From an uncultured Acidobacteriota bacterium (GTDB lineage: Bacteria; Acidobacteriota; Thermoanaerobaculia; Multivoradales; SZUA-115), in the NCBI GenBank assembly GCA_963805975.1, contig CAWDVR010000002.1:160001-224000 (forward strand): DNA of 64,000 nt, given 5' to 3'. The notes beneath the pieces were generated by a model. The model had not been told where the DNA came from and did not search any database. It saw nothing but the letters and a program-made list of their open reading frames with translations. The number at the start of each line of letters is the position of its first letter. Within the stretch, counting starts at the first letter, position 1. The position numbers and the translations under genes were made by a program. Below are positions 53,301-64,000 of the stretch, piece after piece.

Positions 53301-56147
53301 CTCTGCGCCGGCCGCCGGCTCGCTTCCTGCGGCCCACGCCGCGGGCAGGGCCGGCGGCCCGGACGGCTTCCAGTACGGGGCATAGAACCAGTCCGCGATG
53401 TCCTCGTTCTTCTTCGCCACCTTGGGGCCGGCGAGCGCGGACAGGTCGCCGGGCTCCACCCAGTAGCGCTGGCGCTCGAAGGCGTAGCCGGGCAGCGAGA
53501 CGCGGCGGCGCTTCTCGCGCCGGTAGAGCTTCGCCAGGTCGACGCCCACACCGGCCGCCCACAGCTCGCCCAGCGAGCGCAGCGCGAAGGCCAGGTCGTT
53601 CAGCTTGTCCTTGGGATGGCGCAGCGAGGAGAGCGCCGGCTGCTCCTTGGCGCGGGCCGGGTGCTGGCGCGCGAAGGTGGCGAGCGTCTTGCCGGGCCCC
53701 ACCTCGAGCAGGCAGCGGGCGGGCTCCTTGAGCAGCTCCGCCAAGCCGTCCGAGAAGCGCACCGCCTGTCGCAGGTGCCGGGCCCAGTAGGCCGGGTCGG
53801 TGGCCTCGGCGGCGGTGATCCAGGTGCCGGTGACGTTCGAGACGTAGGGGACCTTCGGCGCCTGGAGCTCGATGCCGGCGAACTCCTGGAGGAACGGCGC
53901 CAGGATGGGCTCCATCATCGGCGAGTGGAAGGCGTGCGAGGTGCGCAGGCGCGAGGCCGCCACACCTTTCTCCTTGAGCCGGCGCTCCAGCTCCTCGATG
54001 CCGGAGTCCGGGCCCGAGGCGACCAGCCGGTTGGGCGCGTTGAGGGTCGCGATCGACAGCCCCTCGGGCAGCACCGCGGCGAGCTCCTCCTCGGTGAGCG
54101 GCACGCCCACCATCGAGCCGCGGGGCAGGCCGTGCATCAGCCGGCCGCGGGCCGCCACCAGCTTGAGCGCCTCGGCCAGGGTGAAGACGCCGGCGACGGT
54201 CGCCGCCACGTACTCGCCGATCGAGTGGCCGATCATCGACTCGGGCTCGATCCCCCAGCTCATCCACAGCCTGGCCAGCGCGTGCTCGATCACGAACAGC
54301 GCCGGCTGCGTGACGTGGGTCTCGGCGAGCTTCTTCTCCGCCTCCTCGGTCGCGCCCTCGGGGTAGAGCACCTGGCGCAGATCGAAGCCGAGATGAGGCG
54401 CCAGCAGCTCGCAGGCGCGGTCGATCTCCGCCCGGAACACCGGCTCGCTCTCGTAGAGCCCTCGGCCCATGTTGGGGTACTGCGCGCCCTGGCCGGAGAA
54501 CAGGAAGGTGACCGGACGGTTCTTGCCGTTGACCACGGCGGTCGCCGAGCTGTCGCGGTCGAGGGCCCGGAGCGCGCGCACCGCGTCCTCGTGATTCTCG
54601 GCGACCACCACCCGCCGCACGTCGAACGGCCGCCGGCCGATCGCCAGCGTGTAGGCCGCGTCGGCGAGCGGGAGCTCGCGGTGAGCGTCCAGGTACGACG
54701 CCAAGCTGCCGGTCATCTGCTCGAGGGCCTCCTGCGAGCGGGCCGAGAGCACCAGGAGCTGCCGCGGCCGCGAGGGGCCGGAGGGCGGCCGGGCCGGCGC
54801 CTCCTCGACGATGACGTGCGCGTTGGTGCCGCCGACGCCGAAGGCCGAGATCCCCGCCCGCCGCGGCACGCCGTCCGCCACCTCCCAGGGCCGGTGCTCG
54901 GTGTTGACGTAGAAGGGGCTCTCCGGCAGGTGGCACTCGGGGTTCGGCTCGTCGAACAGCAGGCTGGCCGGGATCTCCTTGTGCTCCAGAGCCAGCACCG
55001 TCTTGATCAGGCTGGCGGCACCGGCCGCGGCGCCGAGATGGCCGATGTTGGTCTTCACCGAGCCCAGGGCGCAGAAGTTCTTCTTCTGCGTCTGCTCGCG
55101 GTAGACGCGGGAGAGCGCCGTGACCTCGATCGGGTCGCCCATCTGGGTGCCGGTGCCGTGGGCCTCCACGTAGCCCATGGTCTCCGGGTGCACCTCGGCG
55201 GTGAGCATCGCCGCCCGCACCACGCGGGTCTGGCCGTCGACGCCCGGCGCCGTGAAGCCGACCTTCTGGGCGGCGTCGTTGGTGACCGCCGAGCCGCGGA
55301 TGATGGCGCGGATGGCATCGCCGGCGGCCAGCGCGTCGTCCAGCCGCTTGAGCACCACCACTCCCACGCCGCTCGAGAACATGGTGCCGCGGGCCTTGGC
55401 GTCGAAAGTGCGGATGTGGCCGTCCGGCGAGTAGATCTGGCCCTCGGTGTGCTGGAAGCCGACCTCCGGCACGCGGATGCCCACGCCGCCGGCGAGCGCG
55501 ATGTCGCAGTCGCCGGAGAGCAGGCCCTGGCCGGCCAGGTGCACCGCGACCAGCGCCGTCGAGCAGGCGGTCTGCACCGTGATGCTGGGCCCGCCCAGGT
55601 CGAGCTTGTAGGAGACCCGCAGGGCCACGTAGTCCTTGTCGTTGGCCACCTGCACCGTGAAATCGCTCACCTCGGCGACCAGCGCCGGGTTGGAGTAGAG
55701 GTTGTTGAGGTAGCCGGGCATGCGCGCCCCGGCGTAGACGCCGACCACGCCGGAGAAGCGCTCGGTGTCGTAGCCCGCGTCCTCGAGCGCGTGCCAGGCG
55801 CTTTCGAGCAGCACGCGCTGCTGCGGGTCGATGACCTCGGCCTCGCGCGGGCTGATGCCGAAGAAGCCGGCATCGAACCACTCGTTCTTGGAGAGCTCGC
55901 GCGCCGCCTTGACGTAGCCGGGGCCGTGGAGCTGGCGCGGGTCGGCGCCGCGCGCCAGGAGCTCCGCGTCGGTGAAGAAGGTGAGCGTCTCGACGCCCTG
56001 CTTCAGGTTGTTCCAGAAGGTCTCGAGGTCGTCGGCGCCGGGGAAACGGCCCGCCATGCCGACGATCGCCAGCTCGAGACCCGTCCGCTCCTCCGAACCA
56101 GGCTGCTCCTGGGGGGTGTCTGTCCTAAGGTTCTCCGAATTGCTCAT
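50322..56147 (-). CDS. Type I PKS module KS-AT-KR-DH-ACP (1941 aa)
   Basis: KS: TACST, HGTGT, NIGH. AT: GHSIG, HAFHS (malonyl type). KR: GGLGGIG, YCAAN. DH: HRVLGTATVP, HPALVD. ACP: GGDS. Confidence 0.92.
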
Positions 56148-59100
56148 CGCTCGCTCCAGAAGAAGGGGTTCCAGGGCCGGCACCGGCGAGGGCGCGGGAC
56201 CGCTTCTTCAAGCGGTTCCTCCCCTCCTTCAGGCGCTCGCCCCATTGCTCGTCGTCGACACTTGCCGGCCGCGTTGCCTCGGCCGGCGCCAGGTGTCTTG
56301 CCAGGGTGCGGATGGTGGGATGGTCGAAGAGGTCGACCATCGCCACCGGCCGGCTGAAGGCCTGCTGCAGCCGGCTCTGCAACTGAACCAGCAGCAAGGA
56401 GTTGCCGCCCATCTCGAAAAAGTTGTCTTCCACTCCCAACTGCTCCACTTGCAACAGGTCGCGGAACAGGCCGAGGACGATGCGCTCGGCATCGGTCTGC
56501 GGCCCCTCCAGGGCGCGGCCGTCGGGCTTCGTGTCGCTCATCTTCTTCAATGCCTCCCGGTCCACCTTGCCGTTGGGGGTCAGCGGCAGCCTGGCCAGCA
56601 GCACAACCGCGGCGGGCACCATGTAGGCCGGCAGCCGGCGGCGCAACGCTTCCTTGATCTCTCCCGCCTCGGCCTCGCCGGCCTGGTCGTCGCTCGCCAC
56701 CACGTAGGCCACCAGCCGCGCATCGCCGGCCGGGGCGGGCTTGAGCAGCACCACGGCCTCCAGCACTCCCGGCAGGCGGCCGATCGCCGCCTCGATCTCG
56801 CCCAGCTCCACGCGGAAGCCGCGGATCTTCACCTGCTTGTCGGCGCGGCCCACGAACACCACCTCGCCGTTCGGCAGGTAGCGGCCGAGATCGCCCGTGC
56901 GGTAGAGACGGTCGCCGGCCGCGGCGCCCGGCGCGAGCCCATCCGGAGCGGCAAATGGGTTGGCGAGGAAGCGCGCGGCGGTGAGCTCCGGGTCGTCCAG
57001 GTAGCCGGCCGCCAAGTGGGGGCTGCGCACGTGGATCTCACCCAGCTCGCCCACCCCGGCGAGCTGCCGGCGGCGGTTGAGCACCAGGAGCTGCACGTCC
57101 TCCATGCCCATGCCGCAGGGTAGCACCTGCTTGGCCCTCTCGCCGCCGCCGGGGCCCGCCTCGGCGTCCACCACATGGTAGGAGACGGCGCGCTGGGTCT
57201 CGGTCGAACCGTAGAGGTTCACCACCGTCACCGCCGGCGCCAGGTCGCGGATGCGGCCGGCGTCGCGCCGGGTCAGCACGTCTCCCACCAGCAGCACGAA
57301 ACGCAGGGCAGCCAGCTTCTCGTTGGCGCCGGAGGCGCCGGGCTCGGTCAGCACCTGGCCCATGGCCGGCGTGAGGTGCGCCACGGTCACGGCCTGGCGT
57401 GCCATCCAACCCGCGGCGCCGCCCGCCACCAGGATCTCGCCGGGCTCGGGCACGCAGATCGCGGCGCCCAGGAAGAGCGGCGTGAAGAGATCGCGCTGCA
57501 AGGGGTCGTGCGCCAGGCCGGAGAGCAGGCTGAAGCGGTCGCCGTCCCCGAGGCCGAAGCGCCGGCACTGCCAGGGCAGGAAGTGGGTGAGCGGCCCGTG
57601 CCGCCCCACGACGCCCTTGGGCACCCCGGTCGAGCCCGAGGTGAAGCCCAGGCAGGCTGGGCTCTCCGGCCCCACCGCGACCGCCGGCGGCGAGGCAGGC
57701 CGGGCCGCGAAGGCGGCGCCCGCGGCCGGGTCGGAGATCGCCGGCAACGCCACCACCGGGCAACGGAGATCCTCGGCCAGGAAGCTCTCGAGCCTCGCCG
57801 GCAGCGCGCCCGCGGCTTCGAGCCGGAGGAGGGCCTTGGGGCCCGCCATGCGGAGCATCTGCGCCAGGCGCTCCTCGGGATAGGCCGGATCGAGCATCAC
57901 GAAGACGCCGCCCGCCTTGAGCGCACCGAGCACCGCCCAGGCCACCGCGGCGCTCCGGTGCGCGTAGACCGCCACCGCGTCGCCGGGAGCCACGCCGAGC
58001 GCGGCCAATTGGTGCGCCAGCCGGTTGCTCTCCGCCTCGAGCTTGCCGTAGCTCCAGGCCGCGCCGGCCTCCTGGAGGGCCGTGCGGTCCGGCCGCGCCG
58101 CGACCTGGCGCGCGGCCAGCTCGTGGATGGCGCCGTGCCAGGCCGGGGAGAGCGGCGCGGCGGGATCGGGCAGTGCCGGCCGGGCCTCGCCGGTGACCAG
58201 CGGCACGGTGCCGATCTCGACCGTGGGCTCGGCCGCCAGGGCCTCGTAGAGCGCCACGAGCTGCCGCGCCAGCTCGGCGATCCGCGCGCGGCTGAAGAGA
58301 TCGGCGTTGTAGACCAGGTGCAGCTTGATCTGCTGCGCCTTCTGCGGGCCTTCCACCGGCTGGGCGTAGACCGTGAGGTCGAACTTGGACGGCACCTCGG
58401 GCGGCGCCAGCAGGCCGATGTCGAGGCCGGGCAGCCGCGCGTCCACGGCCGGCAGGTTGAGCATGTTGAAGAACACCTGGAAGAGCGGCGTGCGCGACAG
58501 GTCGCGCTCCGGCTTGAGCTCGTCCAGGAGCTTCTCGAACGGCAGGTCCTGGTGCGCGTAGGCGGCGAGCGCGGTGTCCCGCACGCGGTCGATCAGCGTC
58601 TCGTAGCTGGGCGAGCCGGAAAGGTCCGTGCGCAGCACGAGGGTGTTCAGGAACATGCCGATCAGGCCCTCGAGCGCGGCGCGGTTGCGGCCGGCGATCG
58701 GCGTGCCCACCACCACGTCCTCCTCGCCCGAGAGCCGCGAGAGGAGCGCCTCGAAGCCGGCCAGGAGGGCCATGAACAGCGAGGCGTTGCGGCGCTCGGC
58801 GATCGCCGTCAGGCGCGCCACCAGCGCGGTCTCGAGCACCACCTCGTGGCTGCCGCTCGAGTAGGTGCGCACCGCGGCGCGCGGCCAGTCGGTCGGCAGC
58901 TCGAGGCCCTGCGGCGCGCCGGCGAGCTGGCCCCGCCAGTAGGAGAGCTGGCGCTCGAGCTCGGGGCCCGCCAGCCAGCGCCGCTGCCAGAGAGCGAAGT
59001 CCGCGTACTGGAGCGGCAACGGAGCGAGCGGCGAGGGCTGGTGCTCGAGGAAGGCGCCCTCCGGGCAGAAAGATGAATAGAGCGTGGCCAGCTCGCGCAC

Positions 59101-62100
59101 CAGGAGGGTGATGGACCAGCCATCCACCGCGATGTGGTGGCCGTCGATCAGCAGATGGTGCCGGCGGTCCGCCAGCTTGACCAGGGCGGCGCGGAGCAGC
59201 GGGCCGCGCGCCAGGTCGAAGGGCCGCGCCGCCTCGGCGCCGCGCAGGCGGTCCGCTTGGGCGGCCGGGGCGGACAGTGCCGAGAGGTCCACCACCGGCA
59301 GCGGCATGGGGATGCTGGCCGCCACGCGCTGTGAGGAGCGCCCGGCCGTGCTGCCGAAGGTGGTGCGCAGGCTCTCGTGGCGGCGTGCCAGCTCGGCAAA
59401 GCAGGCGGCGAGGGCCCGCGGCGAGAGCTCGCCGTCGAGCGCCAGCGCCGTGGGCACGTTGTAGGCCGCGTTGCCGGGCTCGAAGAGGTCGAGGAACCAC
59501 AGGCGCTCCTGGGCGAAGGAGAGCGGCAGCTCCTCCGGCCGCTCGCCGGCCGTGAGCGGCAGCTCGGCGACCGCGCCGGGGACCGGCACGCCGGCGCCTT
59601 CGATGCGGCCGGCGAGCGCGGCCACGGTCGGCGCCTCGAACACGCGCGCGGAGCGGCAGCTCGACGCCCAGCTCTTCGCGCAGGCGGGACACCAGCCGCG
59701 TCGCGGTGAGCGAGTGGCCGCCCAGGCGAAAGAAGCTGTCGTGGATGCTCACGGCCTCGGTGCCGGCCCCACCCTCGCCGAACAGGACCTCGGCGAAGAT
59801 CTCGGCGAGCTTCGCTTCCGCGGGCGTGCGCGGCGCGACGTGGCCCTCGCCGGCCGGCGCCCGGCCGGTGGCGGCGAGGTGGGAGGCGATCAGGGCCTTG
59901 CGGTCCACCTTGCCGTTGGCGTTGAGCGGCATGGCCTCGAGCAGCACCAGGACCGGGGGCACCATGTAGTCGGGGAGCTTCACGGCTGCGAAGCGCCGCA
60001 GGTCCTCCACGTCCAGCTCGCCGGCCACCGGCACCAGGTAGCCCACCAGGCCGGTCTCACCCGGCACGCGCTCGCGCGCCACCACCACGGCCTCGCGCAC
60101 CTGCGGATGGCGGGCGAGCACCGCTTCGACCTCGCCCAGCTCGATGCGGAAGCCGCGCACCTTGACCTGATGGTCGATGCGGCCCAGGTAGTCCATCTCG
60201 CCGTCCGGCAGGAAGCGCACGAGGTCGCCGGTGCGGTACATGCGGTCGCCCGCCCGGCCGCCCGCGCCGACGGCGAACGGATCGGGCAGGTAGCGCTCGG
60301 CGGTCATCGCCGGCCGGTCGAGGTAGCCGCGGGAGAGGCCGGTGCCGCCCAGGAACAGCTCGCCCGGCACGCCGAGGGCCGTGACCGGCGACAGATCGCG
60401 GTCGAGCAGGCAGGCGGTGGTGCCGTCCACCGGCCGGCCGATGGCCGGCGAGCGGCGCTCGCCGCGGCGCGGGCAGTACCAGGTGGAGTAGGTGGTGTCC
60501 TCGGACGGGCCGTAGAGGTTGCAGACGGTGCGCACGCCGGGCACGCCGTAGACCTCCTCGACCAGCGAGCCCTTGAGCGCCTCGCCGCCCAGGTTGACGG
60601 TCATGACCGACGGCGGGATGGCCCGCATGCGCACCAGCTCGGCGGCGGCCGAGGGCACGGTGTTGATCAGGCGCACCTCGGAAGCCGCGGGGTGCTCGGC
60701 CAGGTGGAGGGCGTTCCTCGCCAGGATCAGCTTGCCGCCCCAGCCCAGGGTGACGAAGATCTCGAACACCGACATGTCGAAGCAGATGGAGGTCGAGCCG
60801 AGGACGCCCTCGAACTCCTCGGCGCTCCAGATGCGCTTCGACCAGTGGGCCAGCACCACGGCCGGCCGGTGCGAGATCGCCACGCCCTTGGGCCGGCCGG
60901 TCGAGCCCGAGGTGTAGATGAGATAGGCGAGGTTGTCGGGCTGGGTTCGCGCGAGCGGAGCATCGGAGTCCTCGGCGTCGAGCGGAGCCCCCAGCGCATC
61001 TACCAACAGCTTCGCCACCTCGGGCAGCCGCTCCACGAAGCTCTCTTGCGTGATGAGCAGGCTCATCCGGCTGTCTTCGAAGATCATCCCCACGCGCTCG
61101 GGTGGTGGGCCCGAGATGGGCAGCGGGTCGAACGGCACGTAGGCACCGCCCGCCTTGTGCACCGCGAAGAGCGCCACCACCAGCGACGCGTTGCGGTCCA
61201 GGCACACGCCCACCCGCGTCTCCGGCCCCACCCCCCGCGCGGCCAGGACACGCGCCAGGCGCTCCGCGCGGGCATCCAGCTCGGCGTACGTCAACTGCTC
61301 CTCCACCGTCACCAGCGCCACCTTGCCCGGCTGCCGCCGCACCTGCTCCTCGAACAGATGGTGCAGACAGATCTCCGAGGAAACGGCCGGGCCCTGCGCG
61401 GCGAGCTCCACGAACACCTGCTGCCGCTCCACCGCCGCCAGCCACGGCAGCGAGGCGAGCGGCGCCTCCGGAGCGGCCACCGCCGCCGCGAGCAGCGCCT
61501 CGAAGCTCCGCATCCAGCGCCGCACCGTGACGGCGTCGTAGAGCGCGGTCGAGTGCTCGAGGCTCGCGGCGAGCCCGTCCTCCGTCTCGCTCAGGCTCAA
61601 GAGCAGGTCGAACTTCGCCGTGCCGGTGTCGAGCGGCAGCGCCGAGAGCGCCAGGCCCGGCAGCTCGAGGCGCGTATCGGCGGTGTTCTGGAGCGCCAGC
61701 ATCACCTGGAAAAACGGCGTGTACGACAGGTCCCGCGCCGGCGCCAGCTCCTCCACCATCTGCTCGAACGGCAGGTCCTGGTGCGCGTAGGCCGCCATCG
61801 CGGTCTCCCGCGCGCGGTCCAGGAGCTGGTGGAAGCTCGGCCTGCCGGAGAGATCGGCGCGCAGCACCAGGGTGTTGACGAAGAAGCCGATCAGCGGCTC
61901 GACCTCGGCCCGGTTGCGGCCCGCCACCGGCGAGCCCACGGCGAAGCCGCGCTGGCCCGAGAGCCGCGAGAGCAGCGCCTCGAAGCCGGCGAGGAGCGCC
62001 ATGAAGAGCGTCGCGCCGCGGCCTGCCGCGAGCGCGCCGAGCCGCACCGTCAGCTCCCGCGGCAGGCGGAAGCGGTAGGTGGCGCCGGCGAGGCTCTGCA

Positions 62101-64000
62101 CCGCCGGCCGCGGCCGGTCGGCCGGCAGCTCGAGCGCCGGCAGGTCCGCGAGCTGCGAGCGCCAGTAGCCGAGCTGCCGCTCCCCCGCCCCGGCGGCGAG
62201 CCATTCCCGCTGCCAGGCGGCGAAGTCCGCGTACTGGATGGCCAACGCAGGCAGCGCCGGCCGGCCGCCGGCGGCGAAGGCCGGGTAGAGCGCGGCCAGC
62301 TCGCCGACGAGCACACCCATGGACCAGCCGTCGGTCACGATGTGGTGCATCACCACCAGCAGCCGGTGCTCGTCCGGCGCCAGGCGGACCAGCGCCCAGC
62401 GCAGGAGCGGCCAGGTGCCGAGGTCGAACGGCCGCCGCGCGAGGTCGCGGCCGATCTCGTCCGCCCGCTCACCGGCGGCGACCTCCCCCGCGAGGTCGAT
62501 CACCGGCAGCGGCAGGGGCGCCGCCGGCACCACCCGCGCCACCGGCCGCCCGCCCGCCTCGGTGAACACCGTGGAGAGCGCCTCGTGGCGGCGCACGATC
62601 TCGGCGAGGCTCGCCTCGAGCGCTCCCACGTCGAGCGGCCCGCGGATCACGAAGCCGGCCGGGACCAGGTAGGCGACGCTTCCGGGGTCCAGCTTGTCGA
62701 GCAGCCAGAGCCGCTGCTGGGCGAACGACAGCGGCAGCTCGACCCCGTCGATTCCCGGCGCGCTCCGCGGCAGCGGCGCGATGGACGCCAGGGCCGCCTG
62801 CCGCTCGCCGGCTGTCGCGAGATCGACGGCGCCCGCCAGGGCGGTGACCGTCGGGTGCTCGAACACGGTGCGCAGCGGCAGCTCGGCGCCGAGGTCCCGG
62901 CGCAGCCGCGAGACCAGCCGCGTGGCCGAGAGCGAGTGACCGCCGAGGGCAAAGAAGCTGTCGTGGGCGCCGACCCGCGCGCCGCCCAGGGCTTCCTCGC
63001 CGAGGATCTCTGCGAACAAGTCCGCCAGCGCCGCCTCCGTGGGCGTCTGCGGCGCCACGTAGGCCCGCGCGTCGCCCTCCGCGCCACCTGTCGACGACGG
63101 GGCCGGGAGCGCCGCGCGGTCCACCTTGCCGTTGGCGTTGAGCGGCAGGGCCGCGAGGGTCACGAAGCGGGCCGGCACCATGAAGTCCGGCAGGCGCCCG
63201 GCGAGGGACGCGGCGAGGTCCGGGGCCGAGATCTCCACCCCCTCCCGGCTGGACACGTAGGCCACGAGCTGCGGCGTGCCCAGCGCGTCCTGGCGCGCCA
63301 CCACCACCGCCTCGCGCACCCGCGGATGGGCGAGGAGCGCCGCTTCGATCTCGCCCAGCTCGACGCGGAAGCCGCGCACCTTGACCTGGTGGTCGAGGCG
63401 GCCGAGAAAGTCGAGCCGCGCGTCCGGCAGGAAGCGCACCAGGTCGCCGGTGGTGTACATCCGGGCGCCGGGCCGGCCGGAGAGCGGGTCGGGCACGTAG
63501 CGCTCGGCGGTGAGCCCCGGCCGTGCGTGGTAGCCGCGGGAGACGCCCTCCCCCGCCAGGAAGAGCTGGCCGGGAATACCGATCGGCCGCGGCCGGAGCT
63601 GGGCGTCGACCACGAAGGCGCGGGTGTTGGCCACCGGCCGGCCGACGGTCGGCGCGCGCCGCTCGGCGGGCGGCACCACTTCCCAGGTGGAGTAGGTGGT
63701 GTCCTCGGACGGGCCATAGAGGTTGACCGCCGCTTTCACGCCCGGCACGGCGTAGACCGCCTCCACCAGGGTGCGCTTGAGCGCCTCGCCGGGGAGGTGG
63801 ACGGTCACCGCGTTGGGTGGCAGGGCGCCCATCCGCACCAGCTCGGTTACGGCCGAGGGCACGGCAGTCACCAGCCGCATCTCGGGGGCCGCCGGGTGGT
63901 CGGCGAGATGCAGCGCGTTCTTGGCCAGGATCACTCTTCCACCGAGCGCCAGCGGCACCAGGATCTCGGCCACGGAGACGTCCCAGCAGATCGAGGTCAC
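56125..64000 (-). CDS. Multimodular NRPS (..A-PCP-C-A-PCP-C-A-PCP); 5' end outside the window; apparent +1 frameshift near 59645
   Basis: HHIVTDGWS, HHIAVDGWS, three A domains, and GGHS/GGHS/GGNS PCP motifs. ELPLRA|VFEAPT is rejoined by removing one base. Confidence 0.92.

Noticed and set aside
52083-56357. Very long antisense or alternate-frame ORFs (also 1150-3621, 39751-43821, 46481-50449, 51697-55881)
   Set aside because: These are shadow ORFs typical of very high-GC DNA. They are Arg/Gly/Ala-rich, carry no motifs and overlap clear genes.

Overview
A very GC-rich bacterial window, most likely Acidobacteriota of the Thermoanaerobaculia type. This is inferred from gene content and the C-terminal 'DGFES..AWS' motif, not established. 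(1) 1-29.7 kb is an envelope/redox locus. It has seven secreted PQQ-type (BamB-like) beta-propeller genes bracketed by two TonB-dependent receptors. Interleaved are a HemN-like radical SAM enzyme, an Fe-alcohol dehydrogenase, an EhpF/GriC-like adenylating enzyme, a GriD-like ALDH-fold reductase, a duplicated ankyrin+propeller unit, three related secreted proteins of unknown function, and a sigma-54 activator beside a tiny 6-Cys secreted peptide. (2) 29.7-36.5 kb holds mostly housekeeping-type genes: a rubrerythrin-like protein, a SpoIIE phosphatase, a lytic transglycosylase, xerD, a LeuA-family synthase and a sarcosine oxidase-like enzyme. (3) 36.5-45 kb is a candidate conflict/toxin island: a giant mosaic surface protein, a stand-alone secreted Ntox16-like protein, a Cys-less transglutaminase-like carrier and an HAE/SPC zinc deaminase. 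(4) 45-64 kb is the 3' end of a hybrid NRPS-PKS-NRPS cluster with an MFS exporter. It includes an A domain closely resembling fungal Lys2 and a PKS with KS-AT-KR-DH-ACP order. Five apparent single-base frameshifts in otherwise intact genes are probably long-read errors. No rRNA, tRNA, CRISPR or transposase was recognised. All family assignments come from motif recognition by eye, not database searches.
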